From the NCBI GenBank assembly GCA_028704125.1, contig JAQVLM010000002.1:1-31834 (forward strand): a stretch of DNA of 31,834 bases, in the 5' to 3' direction. Positions 18,166 to 25,945 of this stretch are shown one piece after another. The stretch is from Opitutales bacterium (GTDB lineage: Bacteria; Verrucomicrobiota; Verrucomicrobiia; Opitutales; JAFGAQ01). Numbering within the stretch: position 1 is the first letter of the stretch; each line of letters begins with the position of its first letter. The notes beneath the pieces were generated by a model. The model worked only from the letters and a program-made list of their open reading frames with translations. It made no database searches and was not told the origin of the DNA. Position numbers and translations under genes: made by a program.

Positions 18166-18357
18166 ATGAAAAAGAGAGTATTGATAGGTTACGTTTGTGT
18201 AGTATTGGGTAGTTATTTCGTTTCCCGATCTTCATATGCATCTAAGGATGACTTTGTTTGGCTAGCGTTTTCCGGCGTAATCTGTTACACGCTTGGAGGT
18301 GTATTGAGAGGGTTTTTAATCAAATCAAGAAGTGATGATGAGGATCAGCGTGAATAA
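18166..18357 (+). CDS. Small AT-rich two-TM hypothetical protein (63 aa)
   Basis: MKKRVLIGYVCVVLGSYFVSRSSYASKDDFVWLAFSGVICYTLGGVLRGFLIKSRSDDEDQRE; purine-rich RBS-like sequence upstream; 3' half of track ORF 17980-18357. Confidence 0.55.
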   Translation: MKKRVLIGYVCVVLGSYFVSRSSYASKDDFVWLAFSGVICYTLGGVLRGFLIKSRSDDEDQRE

Positions 18358-18476
18358 ATGTTACCACTGAAATTGACGTCATACATTCGCCCGATTTGGA
18401 ATCGTAGGCTTTGGGGGTGGATTCCGGATTGGGATCGTAATTTGCGCTCAATACGGTGGAAATAAATGGAGGTTTT

Positions 18477-18534
18477 CTCACGAAGGCACCAAGGCACGAA
18501 GGATGGGTTTCTTTGTGAGCTTGGCGCCTTGAGG
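18477..18534. repeat. Inverted pair of tandem-octamer elements (imperfect long hairpin)
   Basis: CACGAAGGCACCAAGGCACGAAG followed by CTTTGTGAGCTTGGCGCCTTGAGG (reverse complement CCTCAAGGCGCCAAGCTCACAAAG). Confidence 0.6.
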
Positions 18535-18621
18535 CGAAGCCGGGCGAGAGATCGAAATTTCTGGATGGGATTAGCAGGATGATGAAGAAGAAGAGGTTCC
18601 CGCGCGGAGGCGCGGAGATCG

Positions 18622-18745
18622 CCCCCTCCGGAAGATCGGAATCTTTAGTCTGTTGTTTTGCGCGAGCAAAACGTATGTGGCCCGAAGGGCTTATAGCGAG
18701 CTTTGCGAGCGATGATAAAGAATCTTTGATTCACAACGTTCGCCC
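18622..18745. repeat. ~125-bp structured dispersed repeat, copy 2
   Basis: Direct repeat of 17440-17564; contains palindromes TTTTGC-GCGA-GCAAAA and GCCC-GAA-GGGC. Confidence 0.9.
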
Positions 18746-18760
18746 AGCGGCTAAGAAGGC

Positions 18761-18782
18761 GCGGGCAGAATGCTCCCGCTAC
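18761..18782 (-). repeat. GTAG-type REP-like hairpin, reverse orientation
   Basis: Minus strand GTAG-CGGGAGCATTCTGCCCGC (imperfect stem). Confidence 0.55.
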
Positions 18783-18985
18783 TATGGGCAGCAGGATTGG
18801 AAGTAAAGGATTCTTCACCAAGCCCCCAAGGCCCGAGGATGGAAGAGAATGTTCCGAGTCGCAGGCGACATTTTACAATAGGCAGGATTGTCGTGGAATA
18901 TCCGTTGCGTCAGTCAGAATGGAACGGCCAACAAGGCGGTGATCTCTGCTCGGGGTGTCTGTGAGGTCCCTCGACGGTATCCGGC

Positions 18986-19444
18986 CTAGAGGATGAGGTT
19001 GAAGACTTCCTTGAGCTTTTTCTTGAGGTCGCGTGCGCTCAAATCTTTCTGGATGTAGTAGCGCGCCCCGGCTTTGATGCACTCCATCACGGTCTTCTTG
19101 TCGTTTTCGGTGGTGAGCATGATAATCCGGGCATCCCTGCGGGTGGCGCGGATCTCGCGGAGGGTATCAAGTCCGCTTTTTCTGGGAAGACGGTAGGCCA
19201 TGATTACGATGTCGAACTGGCCCATGACGTATTCGCGGTAACCGCTGATGCCATCCACTGCCTCAACCACCTTGGCCACGCCCAGAGCCTTGAGGATCGT
19301 CCGGTAGAGCAAGCGGAACGCTTCACTCTCTTCGATGAGGAGGATGGCGTTTGGAGTTTTCTGTTGATTGGGAGCCACTATGGGGAGGGGTGAATTCTGA
19401 TGTTGCGGGAACTCAGTATTTATGCACTCGATAAATGCGGGCAA
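18986..19444 (-). CDS. Single-domain CheY-like pseudo-receiver (phospho-Asp replaced by Ala)
   Basis: LLIEES, EAVDG, FDIVIMAYRLP, SGLDTL, IIMLT, YIQK. Start uncertain (ATG 19444 or a downstream GTG). Confidence 0.85.
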   Translation of the reverse strand: MPAFIECINTEFPQHQNSPLPIVAPNQQKTPNAILLIEESEAFRLLYRTILKALGVAKVVEAVDGISGYREYVMGQFDIVIMAYRLPRKSGLDTLREIRATRRDARIIMLTTENDKKTVMECIKAGARYYIQKDLSARDLKKKLKEVFNLIL

Positions 19445-19470
19445 ATTACCTTAGACTCAAGCTGAGAAAT

Positions 19471-20589
19471 ATGGAATTGGAGCAATCAGTCCAGAGAAAG
19501 GTGTTGGTGGTCGACGATATCGCCTTCAACCGCAGGGTGCTTGAGAAGATTCTTTCCAAGCAAAACTTCGATATCACGAAGGCGTCGTCTGGCGAGGAGG
19601 CCCTGATGCGGGTCGAAAAGTCGATACCGGATTTGATCCTTTTGGACCTGAAAATGCCGGGAATCAACGGGATTGAGGTTTGCAAGAAACTGAAGGCCGA
19701 CCGGCGCTTCCGCCACATCCCGATCATGTTTCTCACGGCGAGCAACGAGTTGGATGATATGCGGGATGCCTTCCAGGCAGGGGCGATTGACTACATTACC
19801 AAGCCCTTCATTGCGGCTGAGCTGCATGCGCGTGTAACGACGCAGATCAATGCCTTGGATCAGGCTGAGCGCATGATGAAGAAAGTCGAGGAGCAGCAGG
19901 AAATGATTCATATCCTGTCCCATGACCTGAAGAACCCGATTGTCGCCTGCCGCGGGTTGGTCGAGTTGACTGAAGACGGGGATGTTTCCTTTGGTATGGT
20001 TTCCAAGACCTTGATCCGGACCTTGGATCAGTGCGTATCGATCATTGAGTTGGTGCGGAAACGCGGGCTCATGGATGAAACAGCAAGTATGCCGGATATG
20101 CAGGCTCAGGACTTGCTCTCAATGGTTAAGGAGTCGCTGTACCTGTTTGAGCGGAACCTCAGGGACAAGCAGATTCAGGTGAGCCTGAGTATTCCTGCCG
20201 GGATTGAGGTCTATGTGGAGCGTGTTTCCTTTGTGAACGTGGTCCTGAGCAATTTGCTGAGCAATGCGGTGAAGTATTCATATGCCGATTCGCAGGTTGA
20301 GGTGGAAGCGGCTCAGAAGGATTCGTATGTGGAATTGTTGATCCGGGATCATGGTATGGGGATTCCACAATACATGGTGCCGGTCATTTTCGATCCGCAC
20401 AAGATGACCCGTCGCCCCGGCACAGCGAAGGAACAGGGAACCGGATACGGCATGCCGCTGGTCAAAAAACTGGTGGAATCGTATGGGGGGCGCATCGGTA
20501 TCGAGTCGGTGGCCCGCAGTGAGGATATGGAACAGGCTGGAACCACGGTGGTGCTGCATTTGCCCCTGCCTCCGCCTGCGGATGCCTGA
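19471..20589 (+). CDS. Cytoplasmic hybrid kinase: REC + HisKA + HATPase_c
   Basis: VLVVDD, ILLDLKMP, YITKP; H-box SHDLKNP; N-box NLLSNAVKYS; G1 DHGMGIP; G2 GTGYGMPLVK. No TM or sensor domain. Confidence 0.92.
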   Translation: MELEQSVQRKVLVVDDIAFNRRVLEKILSKQNFDITKASSGEEALMRVEKSIPDLILLDLKMPGINGIEVCKKLKADRRFRHIPIMFLTASNELDDMRDAFQAGAIDYITKPFIAAELHARVTTQINALDQAERMMKKVEEQQEMIHILSHDLKNPIVACRGLVELTEDGDVSFGMVSKTLIRTLDQCVSIIELVRKRGLMDETASMPDMQAQDLLSMVKESLYLFERNLRDKQIQVSLSIPAGIEVYVERVSFVNVVLSNLLSNAVKYSYADSQVEVEAAQKDSYVELLIRDHGMGIPQYMVPVIFDPHKMTRRPGTAKEQGTGYGMPLVKKLVESYGGRIGIESVARSEDMEQAGTTVVLHLPLPPPADA

Positions 20590-20597
20590 CGCGTTGT

Positions 20598-21683
20598 ATG
20601 GACAGGGAGCGTCATCCGGATTTCGAGATCGACCGGACGCGTGCCGGTCGCGAGGATGTCGCCTCGTGGATGCGCCAGCTCTCGGGTCTTGTGGGTTCGG
20701 GAGTTCCGCTGTCGCGCAGTTTGGAGCTGTTGATCCGGCAGGAACAGAAGCGGTCCTTGCGCCGGGTATGGGGACGCATGTTGGAGATGATCCAATCCGG
20801 CCATGCGCTTTCGGATGCGATGACTTGTTTTCCCGGGGTTTTTGATGGAATGACGGTTCAAGGCGTCCATGCGGGCGAGCGGGCCGGGGTGTTGAGCGAA
20901 GGTCTCAAGCGCATGGCAGCGCATCTCCAGAGCCGGGTGCGCCTGACCCGGAAAGTCCGGGGTGCGATGGCCTATCCATTGACGGTTGCGGTGCTCGCTC
21001 TGGCGATTGTTGGCGCATTGGTTGTGGGCGTGATCCCGCGATTCGAGGTGTTGTATGAGGGTTTGCTCAAAGGGGCTCCGCTTCCGGGGCCCACCCGATG
21101 GGTTATGGCCTTCAGCCGGGCGCTTCAGCATAACGGTTTAGCGGTTTTGTGCGGGTTGGTTGTGTTGGCGGTTGGCCTTCCATGGGTGTTGAGGTTGCGT
21201 GGCGTGCGGGGTCTTCTGGATCGTTTGCTTCTCCACTTGCCGATATGGGGTGGGATAGAGCGTGACATGGCGTTTGTCAGGGTCGCGCGTGGTCTGGCGA
21301 CCATGCTGGCCGGAGGACAACCCATGCTCGATGCGGTGGACGGGGCGTCGGCTGTGGCCGGCAATCGCGCGATCGCGGATGCCATGCGCGGCATGCGCAG
21401 AGGGGTGGAGGAGGGGGAATCGTTGGCCCGGCTGATGGCGGAGCATCCGTTTGTTCCTCCGATGCTTGCGGGGCTGATGGAGATCGGCGAAGAGACCGGG
21501 CGACTTCCGGCGATGCTGGAGGAAGCGGCCGATGATCTCGAAGAGAAGGTTCAGGACCGGATGACCACGCTTGTTGCCTTGCTGGAGCCAGCAATGATCG
21601 TTGTGCTCGCGTTGTTGGCCGGATTTCTGGTGATTGCGATGTTTTTGCCGATCGTGGGTGTTATCGAGGGGCTTTCGGGTTGA
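20598..21683 (+). CDS. Type II secretion F / type IV pilus PilC-family platform protein (short N-terminus)
   Basis: Two T2SSF repeats: RQLSGLVGSGVPL, GERAGVL, AMAYP, GEETGRLPAML, LEPAMIV, AMFLP. Confidence 0.9.
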   Translation: MDRERHPDFEIDRTRAGREDVASWMRQLSGLVGSGVPLSRSLELLIRQEQKRSLRRVWGRMLEMIQSGHALSDAMTCFPGVFDGMTVQGVHAGERAGVLSEGLKRMAAHLQSRVRLTRKVRGAMAYPLTVAVLALAIVGALVVGVIPRFEVLYEGLLKGAPLPGPTRWVMAFSRALQHNGLAVLCGLVVLAVGLPWVLRLRGVRGLLDRLLLHLPIWGGIERDMAFVRVARGLATMLAGGQPMLDAVDGASAVAGNRAIADAMRGMRRGVEEGESLARLMAEHPFVPPMLAGLMEIGEETGRLPAMLEEAADDLEEKVQDRMTTLVALLEPAMIVVLALLAGFLVIAMFLPIVGVIEGLSG

Positions 21684-21798
21684 AGCGTGCGCTTTGGGGG
21701 CAGGATCAGAATCCGTTTTTTTGCTGTTCCGGTTTGAAGTAATCCGGATCAAAGTGATCGGAGTCGCTTGCCTGTTTAACAATTTGGGAATATCGGTC

Positions 21799-21825
21799 TT
21801 AACTTGGAGCTCAATCAGCCGATAC
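21799..21825 (+). promoter_or_regulatory. Putative sigma28 (FliA/SigD) promoter of the che operon
   Basis: TTAA-N15-GCCGATAC versus consensus TAAA-N15-GCCGATAA; about 85 nt upstream of cheW. Confidence 0.55.
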
Positions 21826-21911
21826 CCATGTTGACAGGAATGAAGGTTACCCCATCCAGCGGGATCCGGAGTTCCGGCAATCGATCCCCTTAAAAGTCAT
21901 TCCTCTGAATC

Positions 21912-22412
21912 ATGACACCGAGTTCACAGCAGCAATACATGACATTCTATCTGGGTGGAGACCTTTTTGGGATCAACATCCTGCTGGTGCGTGAGATCAT
22001 TCAGAACCTTGACCTGACGACGGTGGCGAAAGTGCCCCCTTACATTGCCGGGGTGCTCAACCTGCGCGGGCAGGTGGTTACGGTCGTGGATTTGGCCCGC
22101 CGGCTGTCCTTTGATGACAATGAAAGGGGTGGGCTCGGAAACTGCATTGTGCTCAAAACATCGTCCGAACTCGAAAACAATCCCACATCGGTTTCGCTGA
22201 ATGAGCGGACCATCGCGGATAAGGTGGGATTGCTGGTTGACCGGATCGGTGATGTGTTGCCGATCGATGCCAAGAGCATTATCCAGACCCCAAATCAGAG
22301 CGATAACCGGCTCGACAAGCGCTATGTGCGCGGGGTGGTACGCCTTTCGGATCAACTCTTGATCCTGCTCAATCTATCTGAAGTCCTCAATACCGAAACC
22401 CGGGTGGAATAG
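21912..22412 (+). CDS. cheW: Chemotaxis adaptor CheW
   Basis: FGINILLVREI, GVLNLRGQVVTVVDL, VGLLVDRIGDV, LLILLNL. Confidence 0.93.
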   Translation: MTPSSQQQYMTFYLGGDLFGINILLVREIIQNLDLTTVAKVPPYIAGVLNLRGQVVTVVDLARRLSFDDNERGGLGNCIVLKTSSELENNPTSVSLNERTIADKVGLLVDRIGDVLPIDAKSIIQTPNQSDNRLDKRYVRGVVRLSDQLLILLNLSEVLNTETRVE

Positions 22413-22459
22413 GTGATCCCGGAGTTGAAGACATTGTAAACTGCACAGTCTGATCCATC

Positions 22460-22777
22460 ATGAAAAACGAAGTTGTCGAAAAAAAGCTCCGGATAAAGGT
22501 TGGAGAAAATATCCTCTCGACCTCGATCGAACGGATGAACGCCGAGTTCAAGAAACTGGTCGCGGAGAACGAGGGATCGGTCTCCCAGATCGAGTTGGAT
22601 TTGGAGGGTGTGGAAACGATCGATTCCCAGGGGCTCAATCTGCTGATTGGTCTGTATCAGGAATGCAAACGCAAGCAGTGGGGCTTCCGGGTAGTGGAGT
22701 GCTCGGAGACGGTCAAGTGGCTGTTCACCATCTTTAAATTGAATGACGTGTTTGGGGTTGAGAGGGTTGGAAACTGA
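22460..22777 (+). CDS. STAS-domain protein (anti-sigma antagonist-like, possibly CheS-like)
   Basis: 105 aa; ELDLEGVETIDSQGLNLL with the conserved DS-x-G Ser. Confidence 0.85.
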   Translation: MKNEVVEKKLRIKVGENILSTSIERMNAEFKKLVAENEGSVSQIELDLEGVETIDSQGLNLLIGLYQECKRKQWGFRVVECSETVKWLFTIFKLNDVFGVERVGN

Positions 22778-22826
22778 CGGGCCAGGTTTCCGCAATTCCG
22801 GGTGATACGAATTGGAGAAATCTGCC

Positions 22827-25800
22827 ATGGTTGACAACGAACTGATCGGGATTTTCATTCAGGAGTCGAAAGAACACCTCGAGGCGATTGAGCCGGAGAT
22901 TCTGGCGATGGAATCCGCCTCGCACGACTCAGAGGGGGTGAATACCATTTTCCGTGGGGTTCATAGCATCAAGGGATCATCGGGATTCTTTGGTTTCGAT
23001 CAGATCTCCAAGCTCAGCCACGTGATGGAGAACCTGATGGCGCTGGTTCGGGATGGTCAACTCTCGCCGAACAGTGAAATGGTCAGTGTGCTGCTGGCCA
23101 GCACCGATAAACTCAAGCTCATGATCGATGACCCGCAGCATTGTGCGGAGGTGGCGATCGAAGATGAGGTCAAGCAGCTCAATACCTTTCTTCCCGCCGC
23201 CAAAGGTGGCACGAAGCCGGCTCAGGGTAAAGGCGAACCTGCCCCCAAGCAGGTGAAGCTGCCGGATTCGCTCAAACGCTTCAGGCTGGACCCTTACATT
23301 CTCAAAAACGCGATGCAACATGGGCATCTCGTGTTCGTGATCCGTTTGTTCATGAACAAGGATGTGAAGGAAAAAGGCCGGACTCCCTATGACTATTTCA
23401 AGGAGATCGAAAGCCTGGGCGAGTTCGTGGACGCCTATTTTGATTTTTCAAGCATCAGCGGGCTCGACGATGCGTTGTCGACTGACCTGGTGTGTTCCTT
23501 CCTCTTCACGACGGTGATGGGTTCCCCGGATATGATCACGAGTGTATTCGACATTCCGGCGTCGCAGGTGGAGGAGATCGAGGCGGGCGTGATCAAGGAA
23601 TGGTTGGGAACGAACCCGGGGGTGCAGACGCCCGAGGGGCGCGATGCAGCGGTGTTTTTGGAAGTGGTTGAGGATGAATCCGGCCCGGCTTCAGACACCG
23701 GGCATGAACCCGATAAGGTTGAAGAAGAGGATCATCTCGCACCAACGGATCATTTGGCGGTAAAGGCTTCCTCGGCTCCGGCAGCCCGCATGAAAGTGAA
23801 GCGGGCGGACGAGACGATACGGGTGAACGTGTCCCTGTTGGATTCGCTGATGAATCTCGCCGGTGAAATGGTTTTGAGCCGGAATCAGCTCATCCGGATC
23901 GCCGAGAATCATGGGCAGGAAATCGCCGGGCTTCAGAGCATCATCCAGAATATCAATCTGGTGACCTCAGATATGCATGAGAAGGTCATGCAGACCCGTT
24001 TGCAGGCCTTGGGAATCATCTTTGGCAAGTTCACCCGGATCATCCGCGACCTGGCGATGAAGCTGGGCAAGGAGATCATTCTGGACATTGAGGGTGAAGA
24101 TGTGGAGTTGGACAAGTCGATTGTGGAGGCTTTGTCGGACCCGCTCACCCACCTGATCCGGAATTGCGCGGACCACGGGATAGAGTTGCCAGAGGAGCGG
24201 GAGCGCATGGGGAAGCCGCGTGAAGGTCGTGTGCGACTTACGGCGAAGCACGTGGGCGGTCAGGTCTTGATCGAGATCATTGACGATGGCCGGGGAATGA
24301 ATCCCGAAAAGCTCCGGCAGAAGGCGATCGAAAAAGGAGTCCTCAAGGCTGAGGAAGCCGCCAAGATGTCGGATCGACAGGCCTTGACGATTATTTTCCT
24401 TCCGGGTTTCTCGACTGCAGAGAAGGTCAGTGATGTGTCCGGACGCGGTGTGGGAATGGATGTGGTGCGAACCAACATCGAAGGCTTGGGTGGTTTTGTT
24501 GATATTGATTCCGAGGTCGGAGTCGGCACCCGCATTTCGCTGCGTCTGCCTTTGACCCTGGCGATTATTCCCGCGATGATCGTGGGCTCATGTGGCCGCC
24601 GTTTTGCCGTGCCGCAAGTCAACCTCGAGGAAGTGGTCCGTCTTGGAGGCAAGAACAAGCCGGAGATTATCCGCGGCAGTCGCGTGTTACGGTTGAGGGA
24701 CTCCCTGTTGACCTTGATCAACCTTGCGGATGTGCTCGAAATCGCACCGCAGGAAGGGGAACGCGGTGGCGCTACGGATTGGGAGGACGGGTATGTCCTG
24801 GTTCTCAACGTCGACAACAATCAGTATGGGTTGATTGTCAGTGAGTTGCTTGATAGTGAGGAAATCGCGGTCAAGCCTTTGAGCGTCTACCTCAAGCAGG
24901 TGGGATGCTATTCGGGGGTAACGATCATGGGAGACGGAAAAGTTGCCATGATTGTGGACATTCAGGGCATCGCGACGATGGCCCGCTTGAAGTTTGCCGA
25001 GAACGAGATCAATGAGCAGTCCGCGTTGGATCTTGCCAATCAACTGCGCAGTTCCGACAGCGAATCGCTGTTGCTGTTCCGCAATGAGGGACTGGAGTTG
25101 TTTGCCATCAATCTTTCAACGGTGGCGCGCATCGAGCGGATCAAGGCTTCCGATATTGAGCACATTGGTAAGGGCGAATACCTGAAACTGGGTGGGCGTT
25201 CCTTGCGCCTGGTCAGGATGCATGATTATATGCCGATCGCCAAGCCGGAGCAGACCCCCCAGGATTTGTATGTGCTGGTTCCCAAGTTGTTGGCAAAACC
25301 GATCGGGATTGTGGCCACCCAAATCGTGGATACGGTTCAAACCGTGGTGGATCTCGACCGTGAAACCATCAGTGGGGTGGGGATACTCGGTTCGACATTC
25401 ATTAACAATGCGTTGGTCTTGCTGGTGGACATCTACAGTCTCTTCGAGTCGGTGGATCCGGAGGTATTCAGGCCCGCGGCCTATCCCGAGCGCTTCAAGC
25501 AGCTGAGGGCGCTACTGGTGGATAACAATGTGTTCTTCCGCACGGTGGAAGGTGATTTCCTCCGCCGCTTGTTTGGAGAGGTGGTCGATGTCCGTAATGC
25601 CGCGCAGGCCTGGGAAAAGCTATCGGAGGAGAATTTCCATGTTGTGATTTCGGATGTGGAGCTGCCCGGGACCAGCGGTTTCGATCTCTGCGGGAAGGTG
25701 CGCCACAGCGAGCGCCACAAGCATCTTCCGTTTATCGGGTTCTCTGCCAGGCAGGATCCCAATCATGAGGTTCTCGCAAAAGAGACCATGATGGATGCCT

Positions 25801-25886
25801 ATCAGATGAAGTTCGACAAGGTGAAGCTTCTCCGTTTGATTGAATCGATTTTTGACAGAAAAACTCCCCGTTTGACCCAGTCATGA
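22827..25886 (+). CDS. cheA: Hybrid chemotaxis kinase CheA (HPT-P2-like-dimer-HATPase-CheW-CheW-REC)
   Basis: IFRGVHSIKG; TIRVNVSLLDSLMNLAGEMV; DPLTHLIRNCADHG; DDGRG; SGRGVGMDVV; two CheW-like domains; C-terminal REC (VISDVELP). ATG 22827 has GGAG upstream. Confidence 0.95.
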   Translation: MVDNELIGIFIQESKEHLEAIEPEILAMESASHDSEGVNTIFRGVHSIKGSSGFFGFDQISKLSHVMENLMALVRDGQLSPNSEMVSVLLASTDKLKLMIDDPQHCAEVAIEDEVKQLNTFLPAAKGGTKPAQGKGEPAPKQVKLPDSLKRFRLDPYILKNAMQHGHLVFVIRLFMNKDVKEKGRTPYDYFKEIESLGEFVDAYFDFSSISGLDDALSTDLVCSFLFTTVMGSPDMITSVFDIPASQVEEIEAGVIKEWLGTNPGVQTPEGRDAAVFLEVVEDESGPASDTGHEPDKVEEEDHLAPTDHLAVKASSAPAARMKVKRADETIRVNVSLLDSLMNLAGEMVLSRNQLIRIAENHGQEIAGLQSIIQNINLVTSDMHEKVMQTRLQALGIIFGKFTRIIRDLAMKLGKEIILDIEGEDVELDKSIVEALSDPLTHLIRNCADHGIELPEERERMGKPREGRVRLTAKHVGGQVLIEIIDDGRGMNPEKLRQKAIEKGVLKAEEAAKMSDRQALTIIFLPGFSTAEKVSDVSGRGVGMDVVRTNIEGLGGFVDIDSEVGVGTRISLRLPLTLAIIPAMIVGSCGRRFAVPQVNLEEVVRLGGKNKPEIIRGSRVLRLRDSLLTLINLADVLEIAPQEGERGGATDWEDGYVLVLNVDNNQYGLIVSELLDSEEIAVKPLSVYLKQVGCYSGVTIMGDGKVAMIVDIQGIATMARLKFAENEINEQSALDLANQLRSSDSESLLLFRNEGLELFAINLSTVARIERIKASDIEHIGKGEYLKLGGRSLRLVRMHDYMPIAKPEQTPQDLYVLVPKLLAKPIGIVATQIVDTVQTVVDLDRETISGVGILGSTFINNALVLLVDIYSLFESVDPEVFRPAAYPERFKQLRALLVDNNVFFRTVEGDFLRRLFGEVVDVRNAAQAWEKLSEENFHVVISDVELPGTSGFDLCGKVRHSERHKHLPFIGFSARQDPNHEVLAKETMMDAYQMKFDKVKLLRLIESIFDRKTPRLTQS

Positions 25887-25945
25887 TGCGATGATATGAG
25901 CGGGCGGGACGATCCGAAAACTCTATTGCTCTGAGATGAGAACCC

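Noticed and set aside
17440-18945. Integron cassette array (GTTAAAC just before ATG 18166; GTTCGCC at the end of repeat copy 2; GCCAACAAGGCGG near 18927)
   Set aside because: No complementary R''/R' pairs at attC distance, no attC after the small ORF's stop, and no integrase in the window. IntegronFinder would settle it.
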